A stretch of DNA of 64,000 nt, taken from Oscillospiraceae bacterium (GTDB taxonomy: Bacteria; Bacillota; Clostridia; Oscillospirales; Oscillospiraceae). The notes under the pieces are model-generated. The model made no database searches and was not told the origin of the DNA. It saw only the letters and a list, made by a program, of their open reading frames with translations. The stretch's first letter is position 1; every line of letters starts with the position of its first letter. The position numbers and the translations under genes were made by a program. The stretch lies in assembly GCA_015067785.1 (NCBI GenBank), contig SVLR01000010.1:1915-65914 (forward strand), given 5' to 3'. Shown here in pieces: positions 1-8,940 of the stretch.

Positions 1-1
1 T

Positions 2-24
2 CCTCCAGAATTTGATTCGGAGGG
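2..24 (-). terminator. probable hairpin terminator closing the GNAT-rich array
   Basis: CCTCC(A)GAAT-ttg-ATTCGGAGG inverted repeat about 100 bp downstream of the last array gene; U-tract would lie outside the window. Confidence 0.4.
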
Positions 25-127
25 TTAGGAAGCGTGAACCCTCCATACACGATTCATCTTCATAAAATACCACGCCTTTCCATAAAAGATTTGTATTCAG
101 ACACCAATTATGGCGTAGATACCATGC

Positions 128-619
128 TCACAAGCTCAGCCTGTATGAACTTCCTTTTTCTGATTTCTCATAGGCTACAAAGCCTACACTCTCAAAGCAT
201 CTTCGTGAGCCTTCATTCCAATCGTAGATTTCACCAACCGCTAGGTGATCATATCCAAGAGATTTTCCGCGCTCAATCAGAGCAGAGATAACCTTTCTTC
301 CGATCCCTTTACCCCGGTAGGCAGGATCACCAATCACAATGGGCATATCCTTCTGCCAGAAGGTCACATCTCCGATAGGCTTATATGTACCGTTCTCCAA
401 AACTTCAATGAAGTATAGCTCGCCAGCATTATTTAGATAGCGATACATTCCCCCCAACCGTTCAATGGTGTATGGATCTCTTTTTCCATCCACCAAATAG
501 ACCGTTTCCTCGTCCAGATACCATTCTTCTGCGAAGTCATGCACCCCATCATATTTCCGTAGCCGCAAAGTATTGTCGATCTGGATAATCTCTGGCTGCT
601 CAATTCCTTGTATTGCCAT
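128..619 (-). CDS. GNAT family N-acetyltransferase
   Basis: Motif A YRGKGIG, C-terminal NEGSRRCFESVGF; start moved to MAIQG (ATG at 619) after GGAGAGG. Confidence 0.85.
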   Translation of the reverse strand: MAIQGIEQPEIIQIDNTLRLRKYDGVHDFAEEWYLDEETVYLVDGKRDPYTIERLGGMYRYLNNAGELYFIEVLENGTYKPIGDVTFWQKDMPIVIGDPAYRGKGIGRKVISALIERGKSLGYDHLAVGEIYDWNEGSRRCFESVGFVAYEKSEKGSSYRLSL

Positions 620-1130
620 TATTTCCTCTCCAATCATCTTCCAGCAGTCCGTAGAAGTAAAGATCTGCCCAATTACCGTGATTATCTTTAGTTTGACTAC
701 GTTGGATACCTTCAAGCTGCATACCCAACTTTTTCATTAGTCCAACTGACTTCACAGCATCGATTGCTTCGGCAAATACCTTGTGGGCTTTCAGTTCGGT
801 AAAGGCATAGTCAATCACAGCTTTGCAGGATTCGTAGGCATAGCCTTGCCGCCAGAAACAGCGGTTGTAGATCCAGCCCATTTCATATACACCCTCGTCT
901 TGCCTCTTGAACAGGATGTAGCCCATCATTTTGCCGCTTTCCTTATGAACTGCCGCAACAGCACCTTTTCGACCAATGCAGAAAGAAGTCAAAAACTCCT
1001 TTGTTTTCTCAAAGTCGTATTCCGGTTCGCAGTTCTCCATTGTTTCTTCATCACCGAAGATGTCGTGCAGATCAGCTGCATCCTCTGGCGTAAAGTCACG
1101 GATGATCATCCGTGGGGTTTCTATGTACAT
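600..1130 (-). CDS. GNAT family N-acetyltransferase (RimJ/RimL-like)
   Basis: IETPRMIIR N-terminus, WRQGYAYE motif A, SVGLMKKLGM..EG. Confidence 0.9.
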   Translation of the reverse strand: MYIETPRMIIRDFTPEDAADLHDIFGDEETMENCEPEYDFEKTKEFLTSFCIGRKGAVAAVHKESGKMMGYILFKRQDEGVYEMGWIYNRCFWRQGYAYESCKAVIDYAFTELKAHKVFAEAIDAVKSVGLMKKLGMQLEGIQRSQTKDNHGNWADLYFYGLLEDDWRGNNGNTRN

Positions 1131-1141
1131 CTTGATCCCTC

Positions 1142-1630
1142 TTAGTAGTCAAAATCATGCTCGCCAACAGCGATGGTCTGCGTCAACTTTTCATCTTTAT
1201 ATGGCTTGCAAATCTCGATCAGATTCAACACCGTATAACCACGCTTCCGCAGAAATTCGATCATTCTGTGATTGTTTGGGTGAACGTAGTTGTAAACGGT
1301 ATCATCCCCATAAGAAGCGGCAATGTCCTCCGCTTTTCTGTGCAAGGCAGAAGCAACACCGTGGCGACGGAATTCCTCTTTGACAAAGATGGATTCCACC
1401 CAAACTACTTCGCTATCTACTCGGCACACCACATAACCGGCATATTGCCCGTCTACCATAGCGACGAATACCGGAAACCCGGCCACAAGATATTCTTCCA
1501 TTTCTTCACGGCCTGCATCCACATTAGTCCTCGATACGATACCTTTGTAGGATCGCAACTCCACACGGAAGGAAGCAACCATCTCTGCCAAAGCATCATT
1601 CACTTCCGAAATCGTAATCAGTTCCAGCAT
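1142..1630 (-). CDS. GNAT family N-acetyltransferase
   Basis: IFVKEEFRRHGVAS motif A, N..MIEFLRKRGY. Confidence 0.85.
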   Translation of the reverse strand: MLELITISEVNDALAEMVASFRVELRSYKGIVSRTNVDAGREEMEEYLVAGFPVFVAMVDGQYAGYVVCRVDSEVVWVESIFVKEEFRRHGVASALHRKAEDIAASYGDDTVYNYVHPNNHRMIEFLRKRGYTVLNLIEICKPYKDEKLTQTIAVGEHDFDY

Positions 1631-1633
1631 CTC

Positions 1634-2068
1634 TTACCGCCTCGCATTGATTTGAGTAACCACAGCATCCAAGTCAGTTTCTCCGGACACAACATTGATT
1701 TCATGCGGTTCTGCATCAAAACAGCCGTGCTTCATTTCCAGCATAGCAGCCACTGGCGCAGGCAGGTTGCCACGCATCCGCTGGGCGAACCGGGACTTAA
1801 TCAGTTCCAGATCTGCCGTGACAAGAATCCGTAGTGCGCCCTCCGGAAGCAGAGAAAGATGCTCCTTCTCAGAAATCACATAGATAATATTCTCACCGTT
1901 GACTGCGGCGTTCAGCTTCTTCTGGAACATCACCTTAGCGATGTTCTCATTCTTAGCAAGACGAAGATAGTCCTTGCCGGTAAATACTTCGCAGGGAAGG
2001 CTGGCGGCAATCTTCTCAGCAAGAGTAGACTTTCCGGTACAGCTTTCACCAAAAATTCCGATAACCAT
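1634..2068 (-). CDS. small P-loop NTPase/kinase-like protein
   Basis: N-terminal Walker A GESCTGKST; RBS AAAGGAG. Confidence 0.7.
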   Translation of the reverse strand: MVIGIFGESCTGKSTLAEKIAASLPCEVFTGKDYLRLAKNENIAKVMFQKKLNAAVNGENIIYVISEKEHLSLLPEGALRILVTADLELIKSRFAQRMRGNLPAPVAAMLEMKHGCFDAEPHEINVVSGETDLDAVVTQINARR

Positions 2069-2084
2069 AATTCTCCTTTCTGTG

Positions 2085-2585
2085 TCAAGGATTATTCTTC
2101 AGATAATCCTCTTTCGTGAGCATGAGTTGAAGAATTCCATTCTCCACACCCATTTCCATAAATCCTGCCTTGCGGTGAATAGCCCACGCCGCATCTCTGG
2201 TGGTTTCAAAATCGTTATGCAACCGGGAAATTCCGCAGACACGGAACGCCTGATCCAGTAATAGCCTCAACGCAGGCACGGCATAGCCCTTGCCACGGTA
2301 GGGTGCATAAATCACGATACCCATATCGTGCCAATCCTTCTCGGGGGTATAGTGGAAATTCACATCACCGATCCATGTACCATCAGAGCTGCGCTTGATG
2401 TAGGCATAGAACCTGTCCGGCTCCTGTCCTACCCAGTTTGCATACCATTTGGGTAAGACCTCGTCCGGGTAGTCGATACATCCGCCCCAGGGATCATTGT
2501 AGGACATTGTTTCCGGATCAGACATCATCTTCTGATAGAACCACAAATCCTCCAGTTTGGGGATGTACAGTTCAAGTTTTTCCAT
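2085..2585 (-). CDS. GNAT family N-acetyltransferase
   Basis: YRGKGYA motif A, HRKAGF. Confidence 0.9.
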   Translation of the reverse strand: MEKLELYIPKLEDLWFYQKMMSDPETMSYNDPWGGCIDYPDEVLPKWYANWVGQEPDRFYAYIKRSSDGTWIGDVNFHYTPEKDWHDMGIVIYAPYRGKGYAVPALRLLLDQAFRVCGISRLHNDFETTRDAAWAIHRKAGFMEMGVENGILQLMLTKEDYLKNNP

Positions 2586-2588
2586 ATT

Positions 2589-2960
2589 TTACTCCTTGAT
2601 CTTTGTTCCAATATGCTTGTTCTGCCGCCATTGGGGAGCAGGGCCATCATCGCCCCAGTATTCATCGATGGAAGCAATCTTTTCATTCACCACACGAATA
2701 AAGGAAGTGGCATGGCAGGAGATACTTCCATCCTTGCTGAACACATGAGTAGCAGTAATGATATGGGTGTCGGTGGTAATGATCTGCTCCACATCGCCAC
2801 CCCATTCGCCGGGGTATTCGCAGTTCGTCTGGATGAATTCCTCCACGGTGAAATGCTCATTGGTATTATGCCAGTTCACCCATGCGTCGGGGTGAAAGCA
2901 TTCACGGATGGCACCTGCATCCTGCCGCAGAACGGCATCCCAAAACGCTTTAATATCCAT
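2589..2960 (-). CDS. NTF2/SnoaL-like protein
   Basis: FHPDAWVNW..NE, NCEYPGEW, KIASIDEYW pattern; start MDIKAF after GGAGG. Confidence 0.75.
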   Translation of the reverse strand: MDIKAFWDAVLRQDAGAIRECFHPDAWVNWHNTNEHFTVEEFIQTNCEYPGEWGGDVEQIITTDTHIITATHVFSKDGSISCHATSFIRVVNEKIASIDEYWGDDGPAPQWRQNKHIGTKIKE

Positions 2961-3468
2961 ACTCAAAGATACCTCCATCGAACACAATATCATTGCCGTC
3001 CGCATCCTTGTAGAAGGAAACCTTCTCCTGCTCCACCAACTTAAAACCAAGAGAAGTTAGCAGCTTCACAGACGGGGTGTTATTAAGGGCTGTTCCGGCA
3101 GAGAATTTCGTGATGCCCAGAGTACGCAGATAGTCAAACAATGCCAGATGGCTCTCCTTGGCATAGCCTTTTCCATGATAAGCAGAGTGGAAGCAATAGC
3201 CGATCTCATGCCCATTCTCCCGGATGTTAAAGGCAATATAACCGATCACAATTTCGTCCAGGCAGATAGCGAAGAACATATGCTCCGTTCCGCTGTTGGC
3301 TGCTGCCCATTTTGCAATACGAGCCCGTACATTGGCATCTTCTGTAATGTGTGGGGTATCATATTTGGCATACTCGGTGGAATTAAAGTCCACCCAAATA
3401 TCCCGAATACTTTTCCAATCATCCGCCACAATATGGCGGATGTTTATTCTTTCTGTTTTCAGTAACAT
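2950..3468 (-). CDS. GNAT family N-acetyltransferase (RimJ/RimL-like)
   Basis: LKTERINIR, EIGY, YHGKGYA, NTPSVKLLTSLGF. Confidence 0.9.
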   Translation of the reverse strand: MLLKTERINIRHIVADDWKSIRDIWVDFNSTEYAKYDTPHITEDANVRARIAKWAAANSGTEHMFFAICLDEIVIGYIAFNIRENGHEIGYCFHSAYHGKGYAKESHLALFDYLRTLGITKFSAGTALNNTPSVKLLTSLGFKLVEQEKVSFYKDADGNDIVFDGGIFEYGY

Positions 3469-3471
3469 ATC

Positions 3472-3906
3472 TCATTCCCTCGTAAGCCTTTTCGCCAAAT
3501 GTAATTCGCCATCTTCGCTGTAACCCAGCTTCGTATATACACTCTGGGCACCATCATTTTCATCGCCGGTAAGCAGTTCAAATTTATGGAGAGGATAATG
3601 ACTTTTACAGTGTTCCTCAGCATAGGTGATCATTGCCCGTGCGATACCATTGCGTCTGTAACTTAGTTTCACATAAAATTCGGTGATCTCTGGCATATAG
3701 TCATCATAGCAGAAGGACTTTTTCAACTGCACACATACAAATCCAGTCAGTTCTCCGTTCTGCTCATCGACAACAATAACCTCTTGCTTGTTATTAGCAA
3801 GGGAGCTTCTGATATTGTCCAGAGTTGTTTCACCTTCACCGTTAAATTCATTATTCAAAATCTCTAACTGTTCCGCGTCCTGTACTGTCGCAATGCGTAC
3901 CATCAT
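3472..3906 (-). CDS. GNAT family N-acetyltransferase
   Basis: FYVKLSYRRNGIA, N..AQSVYTKLGY. Confidence 0.9.
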   Translation of the reverse strand: MMVRIATVQDAEQLEILNNEFNGEGETTLDNIRSSLANNKQEVIVVDEQNGELTGFVCVQLKKSFCYDDYMPEITEFYVKLSYRRNGIARAMITYAEEHCKSHYPLHKFELLTGDENDGAQSVYTKLGYSEDGELHLAKRLTRE

Positions 3907-3943
3907 TATACCTCCGTTACCAGCTTCTCTTATGCTTTCACTC

Positions 3944-4393
3944 TTATTTCAAATCATATTTCCACTCGCTGCCCTCTTGATAGTAGAAGAACTCGCTCAA
4001 ATCTTCTTCTGTGAAAACCCGGAGCATATCATTCATATCCAGAGATAGCTTGAGCTTGGGAAGATTCGCAATATCTTCCCACCAAACTTCACCTTCGGAG
4101 CTGGAACGCAATTCGCCCTCAAAATGGTTTGTCTTATAAAACAGCACAACATATCTGCACTGATTCTCGCACCAGTCTTTGATGCCGCATAACTGTGGGG
4201 AACGGATATTAAGTCCGGTTTCTTCCTGCACCTCACGAATTACTGCATCCGAAAAGGCCTCTCCCGGCTCCACATGACCACCGGGGAAAGTGACACCCGG
4301 CCAGTCCTGCTTCTTTCGGTCAATCACCACAACCCGGTTGCCATCGCAGACCATGCACATATTTGTAAATTCAACTTTTTCAGTCCTCGACAT
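3944..4393 (-). CDS. NUDIX hydrolase (MutT-like 8-oxo-dGTPase)
   Basis: Nudix box GGHVEPGEAFSDAVIREVQEETGL; start MSRTEK after AAGGAG. Confidence 0.9.
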   Translation of the reverse strand: MSRTEKVEFTNMCMVCDGNRVVVIDRKKQDWPGVTFPGGHVEPGEAFSDAVIREVQEETGLNIRSPQLCGIKDWCENQCRYVVLFYKTNHFEGELRSSSEGEVWWEDIANLPKLKLSLDMNDMLRVFTEEDLSEFFYYQEGSEWKYDLK

Positions 4394-4404
4394 AGGGGTT
4401 CTCC

Positions 4405-5289
4405 TTATTTGATTGTTTGATACCAAGCAGGTACTACTTGCTGCATTCCATCGTACCACTGCAACACCTGTGCGGCCTGCTGGCGCATCACTTGTATTTC
4501 TTTATCCCCAAATGGAATCGCCCAGGGGAGCGAACTGAGGGTGTTAGAGCAGATATACAGTGCCAGCAGTTTCCAAAATTCCATAGGAATATCGCCATTA
4601 AAATAGCCGTCCACCATACCGGATGCAAAGGCAGGTGCGGCTTGGGCGCACCAAACGATCCGGTTGAATTCCTCCCAAGGATCACCATAATCATCCCGGT
4701 CAAAGTCGATGATGGTCAGTACTCCGTTACGGTCTATCATCATGTTGCCGATGTGATAATCGCCGTGCTGATAGCTCTGGGGTCTCCCACACAGCAAATG
4801 GCGGTCTTTCGCGATGTATTGCAAGAACGCCTCGCCACCACTTTCGTATTTCAACTCACAGTTTTCATACATAGCAATCTTGCGGTCAATCTTGGCGTTA
4901 AATCGGCTTTCCCAGTTCGGCACATCAACAGGGGCGGGGATCGTGTGAATCTTCGCCAAAATCCGGCCTGCATCAAGACCATAGCGATATTGTTCTCTTT
5001 CGCCCATAGCCACAACACGACTTTCTGCATCTGCACCATCGATCCAGCTCTGGATAGAATAAGCGCCCTCGTCGCAGGTGCCAAATTCTATCGGCAGACA
5101 CATGGGGATGCCAAGCAGCGCGACCTCGCTCATTTTTTCATATTCCCTGCGCTTACGCTCCAGCCGGTCAATGGATGAAACACGAAGCAGGTATTTTTGA
5201 CCATCGGCAGTTGTTGCACAATATTTTTGATCTCCTGACCAACCTTTGTCGATAGGGCTCCTGTCGACGATATTCTGATAGATGTTCAT
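4405..5289 (-). CDS. aminoglycoside phosphotransferase (APH/choline kinase) family protein
   Basis: KGWS glycine loop, HGDYHIGN catalytic loop, IIDF. Confidence 0.9.
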   Translation of the reverse strand: MNIYQNIVDRSPIDKGWSGDQKYCATTADGQKYLLRVSSIDRLERKRREYEKMSEVALLGIPMCLPIEFGTCDEGAYSIQSWIDGADAESRVVAMGEREQYRYGLDAGRILAKIHTIPAPVDVPNWESRFNAKIDRKIAMYENCELKYESGGEAFLQYIAKDRHLLCGRPQSYQHGDYHIGNMMIDRNGVLTIIDFDRDDYGDPWEEFNRIVWCAQAAPAFASGMVDGYFNGDIPMEFWKLLALYICSNTLSSLPWAIPFGDKEIQVMRQQAAQVLQWYDGMQQVVPAWYQTIK

Positions 5290-5314
5290 ACACTTACCTC
5301 TCGACAATGATAAA

Positions 5315-6319
5315 TTATCGGAATTCTATTTTCTTAATATCAGTCCAAAGTCCATTTGCTTTTTCCGTAATCATCTCAGCATCGTAGTTACCAAACATGG
5401 TTATGGACAGTTTGCGATTCTTCATATTCCACCAGCCGACAACATTGCCATCTATGAGAATGGTCGGGCGGACAATTCCCGCAAGATTGAATATGTCACG
5501 CATATGCGCCTTGGGCAGAAACAGACTTTCTGTTTTCTCATATCCCAGCATTAACTGGTCAAATCCGGCTAAGAACAAGCACTTGGGGAGTTCGCCGATG
5601 GGCATACCGTTATCAATATAGAAATAGGTTTTACCGCCAAACACCGTTTCCGCAGCCGGAAGCTCATTTAACCACGCTTTGACCTTGCCTTGCGTTGTGC
5701 CGAAGAAATAGGCAGCATCCTTGACCGTAGCGGGGCCAAAATGGGTGAAATACCGGCGGGCCAGCTCCAATCGGGCAGTTTTTTCTTCCATCGGTTCAAA
5801 GGTTGGGCACAGCTGATAGGCCTTCTTTTCCTGCACCTTATGACAGAGTCTGCCCGTTTCGCATAGCGCACGAATTAGACCGCCCCAAGGATCAAAAAGG
5901 CTTTTCCCTTCCAGCTCAGTCATACCTGACATTTCACATGCTGTCTTCAGCGCATCCCGTTCCTCAATCCCCTTAGAAACAGAATTCACTATCAGGTTTG
6001 CAAAATAAGCTTTCCGATCTGCGCTGATATAGGCATCTGTTTGTAAAGTATCCACAGGGCGAAGAAAATGCGATCTGTCCTTATGTAAAAACAGGGGAAG
6101 ATCGTGAACAGAAAACAGGTGCATTGTTCCACGATTCGTCCAGTTTTTGATCAGGCCGTCCGTATTTATGACCTCAGTACGAATCGTAAGACCGTGCAAT
6201 GCGTGGCCGAGAAACTGTGCCTGCAGACCGCACAGGTCCTTTACAACTGTCTGCGTATCAACAGGCGCAAGAAGATGCTGACCTGTCAATCTGCGAAGCT
6301 TGATTTCTTCCAAGGTCAT
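5315..6319 (-). CDS. AlkZ/YcaQ-family winged-helix DNA glycosylase (HTH_42)
   Basis: GLQAQ (QxQ) motif, RGTMHL, RRYFTHFGPAT..D...F, L..FD..MLGY, DG.VVG.W. Confidence 0.8.
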   Translation of the reverse strand: MTLEEIKLRRLTGQHLLAPVDTQTVVKDLCGLQAQFLGHALHGLTIRTEVINTDGLIKNWTNRGTMHLFSVHDLPLFLHKDRSHFLRPVDTLQTDAYISADRKAYFANLIVNSVSKGIEERDALKTACEMSGMTELEGKSLFDPWGGLIRALCETGRLCHKVQEKKAYQLCPTFEPMEEKTARLELARRYFTHFGPATVKDAAYFFGTTQGKVKAWLNELPAAETVFGGKTYFYIDNGMPIGELPKCLFLAGFDQLMLGYEKTESLFLPKAHMRDIFNLAGIVRPTILIDGNVVGWWNMKNRKLSITMFGNYDAEMITEKANGLWTDIKKIEFR

Positions 6320-7056
6320 ACGTATTCCTCCGTCTGCAGCAGTTCTTTACAGACAGCATAGGTGTCCTTGTGGAGATAATTGGGGAGTTCCTCTGCCGCT
6401 GCCCATTTGTATCGCACAATTTCTGCTTCTTGGGGCGTAACATCACCGCACACCTCCCCGAAGAACAAGACAACTTGCTTTCTCGTAAAAGGAGGAATGT
6501 CATACTCGGATACCACACGCTTTCCGGGAATCAGATGGGCGGTCAGTCCTGTTTCTTCGAACAGTTCCCGCAAGGCGGTCTGTGTCTCCGTCTCCCCCGC
6601 CTCCATATGGCCCTTGGGGAAGCTCCAACAGTTGTTTGTTTGGAGCAAGATCAGATACTCCTTCTTGCTGCCGTTCCAGCGGTACGGGATCACACCGCAG
6701 GATTTTTGGAGCAGGGATTCGATAAAAATGTCAAAATACTGCTCCTGAAAACGGACTGCCTCTGCAATCTGTCCCTGATGGTAAACCGTCCCCACCGGAG
6801 CAACTACAAGCTTATCCTCCCGGTCGTTCTTTCTACGAACGGCGGCGATCACCTGCCCGTCAAATTCTGAAAGTGGTTCGCTTACACCGAGAATATAGGC
6901 ATCCTGCTCCTCCCCATCCCCAGCGATGATGCCGGGAATGTAGCCGTAGTTAATAGGATATACAATATCTCCGTGCCGGTAGCCGATGGGTCGGTCGACG
7001 ATCACACGAACTGATTTTCCCATGGCGTCGCGGATGATTTGATTTCTGTCAGTCAT
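6316..7056 (-). CDS. inorganic pyrophosphatase-like domain fused to NUDIX hydrolase
   Basis: VDRPIG..YPINYGY..GDGEEQDAY N-terminal half; FPKGHMEAGETETQTALRELFEETGL Nudix box. Confidence 0.85.
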   Translation of the reverse strand: MTDRNQIIRDAMGKSVRVIVDRPIGYRHGDIVYPINYGYIPGIIAGDGEEQDAYILGVSEPLSEFDGQVIAAVRRKNDREDKLVVAPVGTVYHQGQIAEAVRFQEQYFDIFIESLLQKSCGVIPYRWNGSKKEYLILLQTNNCWSFPKGHMEAGETETQTALRELFEETGLTAHLIPGKRVVSEYDIPPFTRKQVVLFFGEVCGDVTPQEAEIVRYKWAAAEELPNYLHKDTYAVCKELLQTEEYV

Positions 7057-7173
7057 ATAATATACCTCAAGTAAAAAAGGTGTGTAAGACAAGAGTTCCG
7101 AATGGGGTTACGCAAACATCTTTCATATGTTTGGTCTGTGTCTACATCCTGCCGGATGCATCCCCAGACCAAA

Positions 7174-7256
7174 GGACTCTCCCACGGGCTAATAAAGTGT
7201 CCACCGGACACTTTATTACCCTCCCTGCGGTCGGGCCGCCCTTTCGAGTCCCATCT
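7174..7256. repeat. palindromic tRNA-trailer element with GTCCACCGGAC core
   Basis: GGACTC...GAGTCC termini, TAATAAAGTGTCC-acc-GGACACTTTATTA hairpin, 14-bp inverted copy of the tRNA-Leu T-arm at 7243-7256. Confidence 0.65.
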
Positions 7257-7267
7257 TGAGCAAAAAA

Positions 7268-7295
7268 TAAGGGCATCCCGAATGGGATGCCCTTA
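7268..7295 (-). terminator. intrinsic terminator after tRNA-Leu
   Basis: TAAGGGCATCCC-gaat-GGGATGCCCTTA with flanking A/T tracts. Confidence 0.85.
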
Positions 7296-7299
7296 CTTT

Positions 7300-7382
7300 T
7301 GGTGCGAGAGATGGGACTCGAACCCACACGGCGTAACCACACGCACCTCAAACGTGCTTGTCTACCATTCCAACACTCTCGC
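7300..7382 (-). tRNA. tRNA-Leu(GAG)
   Basis: Cloverleaf GCGAGAG...CTCTCGCACCA, anticodon arm CACGT-TT-GAG-GT-GCGTG, long variable arm, GTTCGAGTC. Confidence 0.95.
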
Positions 7383-7394
7383 AAGTGCCCCAGT

Positions 7395-7423
7395 ATTATA
7401 TCGCGGAAATGCCGACTTGTCAA
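7395..7423 (-). promoter_or_regulatory. sigma-A promoter of tRNA-Leu
   Basis: TTGACA-17bp-TATAAT perfect consensus. Confidence 0.85.
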
Positions 7424-7569
7424 CCATATTTTTGTCAAATGTATGCTTAAATTTTGCCTGTCGGCTTGATTTTGCAGTTCGCCTATGGTAAAATTGACCG
7501 CGTATGCGGATACTATTTAAGATATCCGCCTCTACAAACCACTTATAAAGAAAAATCAGGTGTGATACT

Positions 7570-8940
7570 ATGGGAAAAATAAGATTTTATATTGCGCTGT
7601 GGGCCTCCAAAGCCGCCAGCACGCTCCTGCTCCTTTTGGGACGGAATGCCTCCTGCTTCCCGGGCAAGGTGGTAATTAAGCTCTGCCCCGACTTTTTGGC
7701 GCGGGTAGCAAAGCCCAAGACCGTGGTTGCCGTCACAGGCACCAACGGCAAGACCACTGTCAGCAATCTGACTGCCGGCATTCTGCGGGAGAACGGCTAT
7801 ACTGTCACCAATAACAGCCTTGGCTCCAACATTCAGCCCGGCGTTGCTACCGCCCTCTTACAAGATTCCACCATTTTCGGAAAGGCAAAAAAAGACATTG
7901 CTATTTTGGAGTGCGATGAGCGCAGCGCCATCCGCATTTTCCCCCAACTGAAGCCGGACTTTCTGCTGTGCAACAACATTATGCAGGACTCCGTGATGCG
8001 AAACGCCCACACCGAATTTATCAGCTATCTGCTGACCACGACCCTGCCGGAGACAACAAAGCTTATATTAAACGGCGATGATCTGATCTGCTCCTCCCTT
8101 GCGCCACAGTGTCAGGATCGCACCTATTTTGGCATTGAAGCAGAGCGCCCTGCGGAGCTGATCACCCCCTTCCACCGGGATATCGTTTACTGTCCCAAGT
8201 GCGGCGGCAAGTTAGTGCCCGACTATGTGCGCTATTACCACATTGGCCGCTTCCGCTGCGAAAGCTGCGGGCACACCTCCCCGGAGCGAGATTTCACCGT
8301 TACCGCCATTGACCGGGAAAACGAGGTCTTCACCATCACCCATATGGGGGAAGACCAAAGCTACCGTCTTGTAAGCACCAATCTGGTAAATATCTATAAT
8401 ACCACCGGTATGATCGCCCTGCTGACCCGGATCGGTCTTAGCTACGAGCAGATCACCAAGGGCCTGCAAAAAGCCGAGATCGTCAAGAGCCGTATGGAGA
8501 TTCTGGACGCCGGTGATCTGCATATTACCATGCTGATGGCAAAGGGTCTCAATCCTGTTGCCTGCGCCAGTTGCTTTAACTATGTAGCTTCCACCCCCGG
8601 TGAAAACAAGGCCGCCGTTATCTGCATTGACGACCGGAACAACTGCGCCACCAACAGCGCCAATATCTGCTGGTTTTACGATTGCGATTACTCCATTTTG
8701 GCAGATCCCTCTATCACCCAGATCGTCTTTGGCGGTCCCCGCTGTAAGGATCATTACCTCCGGGCGCTGATGGCAGGCATCCCCAAGGAAAAGATCGTCA
8801 TCACCCACGACACTGCCCACGCGGCCGCGCTGGTGGATACCGAAAAGAGCAAAGAGATTTTCGTTCTCTACGACATTTATCACCCGGCTGAAGCCGCCGT
8901 GAACAAAAAGATCCTGCAGGAGAAAGGAGGCAGCTTATGA
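7570..8940 (+). CDS. murT: MurT lipid II isoglutaminyl synthase ligase subunit
   Basis: VTGTNGKTT Mur-ligase P-loop, CPKC...CESC zinc finger, WFYDCD motif, 4-bp overlap with gatD-like gene. Confidence 0.85.
   Translation: MGKIRFYIALWASKAASTLLLLLGRNASCFPGKVVIKLCPDFLARVAKPKTVVAVTGTNGKTTVSNLTAGILRENGYTVTNNSLGSNIQPGVATALLQDSTIFGKAKKDIAILECDERSAIRIFPQLKPDFLLCNNIMQDSVMRNAHTEFISYLLTTTLPETTKLILNGDDLICSSLAPQCQDRTYFGIEAERPAELITPFHRDIVYCPKCGGKLVPDYVRYYHIGRFRCESCGHTSPERDFTVTAIDRENEVFTITHMGEDQSYRLVSTNLVNIYNTTGMIALLTRIGLSYEQITKGLQKAEIVKSRMEILDAGDLHITMLMAKGLNPVACASCFNYVASTPGENKAAVICIDDRNNCATNSANICWFYDCDYSILADPSITQIVFGGPRCKDHYLRALMAGIPKEKIVITHDTAHAAALVDTEKSKEIFVLYDIYHPAEAAVNKKILQEKGGSL

Noticed and set aside
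300-3180. Recurring GGCATAGCC(C/T)TT-like DNA motif in the array
   Set aside because: It encodes the GNAT motif A (G-Y-A) and is not a recombination site
128-7056. Classical integron with attC sites
   Set aside because: Intergenic gaps are too short, no repeated palindromes were seen and no integron integrase is in the window
7102-7491. ORFs overlapping tRNA-Leu (similarly 11964-12224 and 20774-21052)
   Set aside because: Spurious frames across tRNA genes and hairpins
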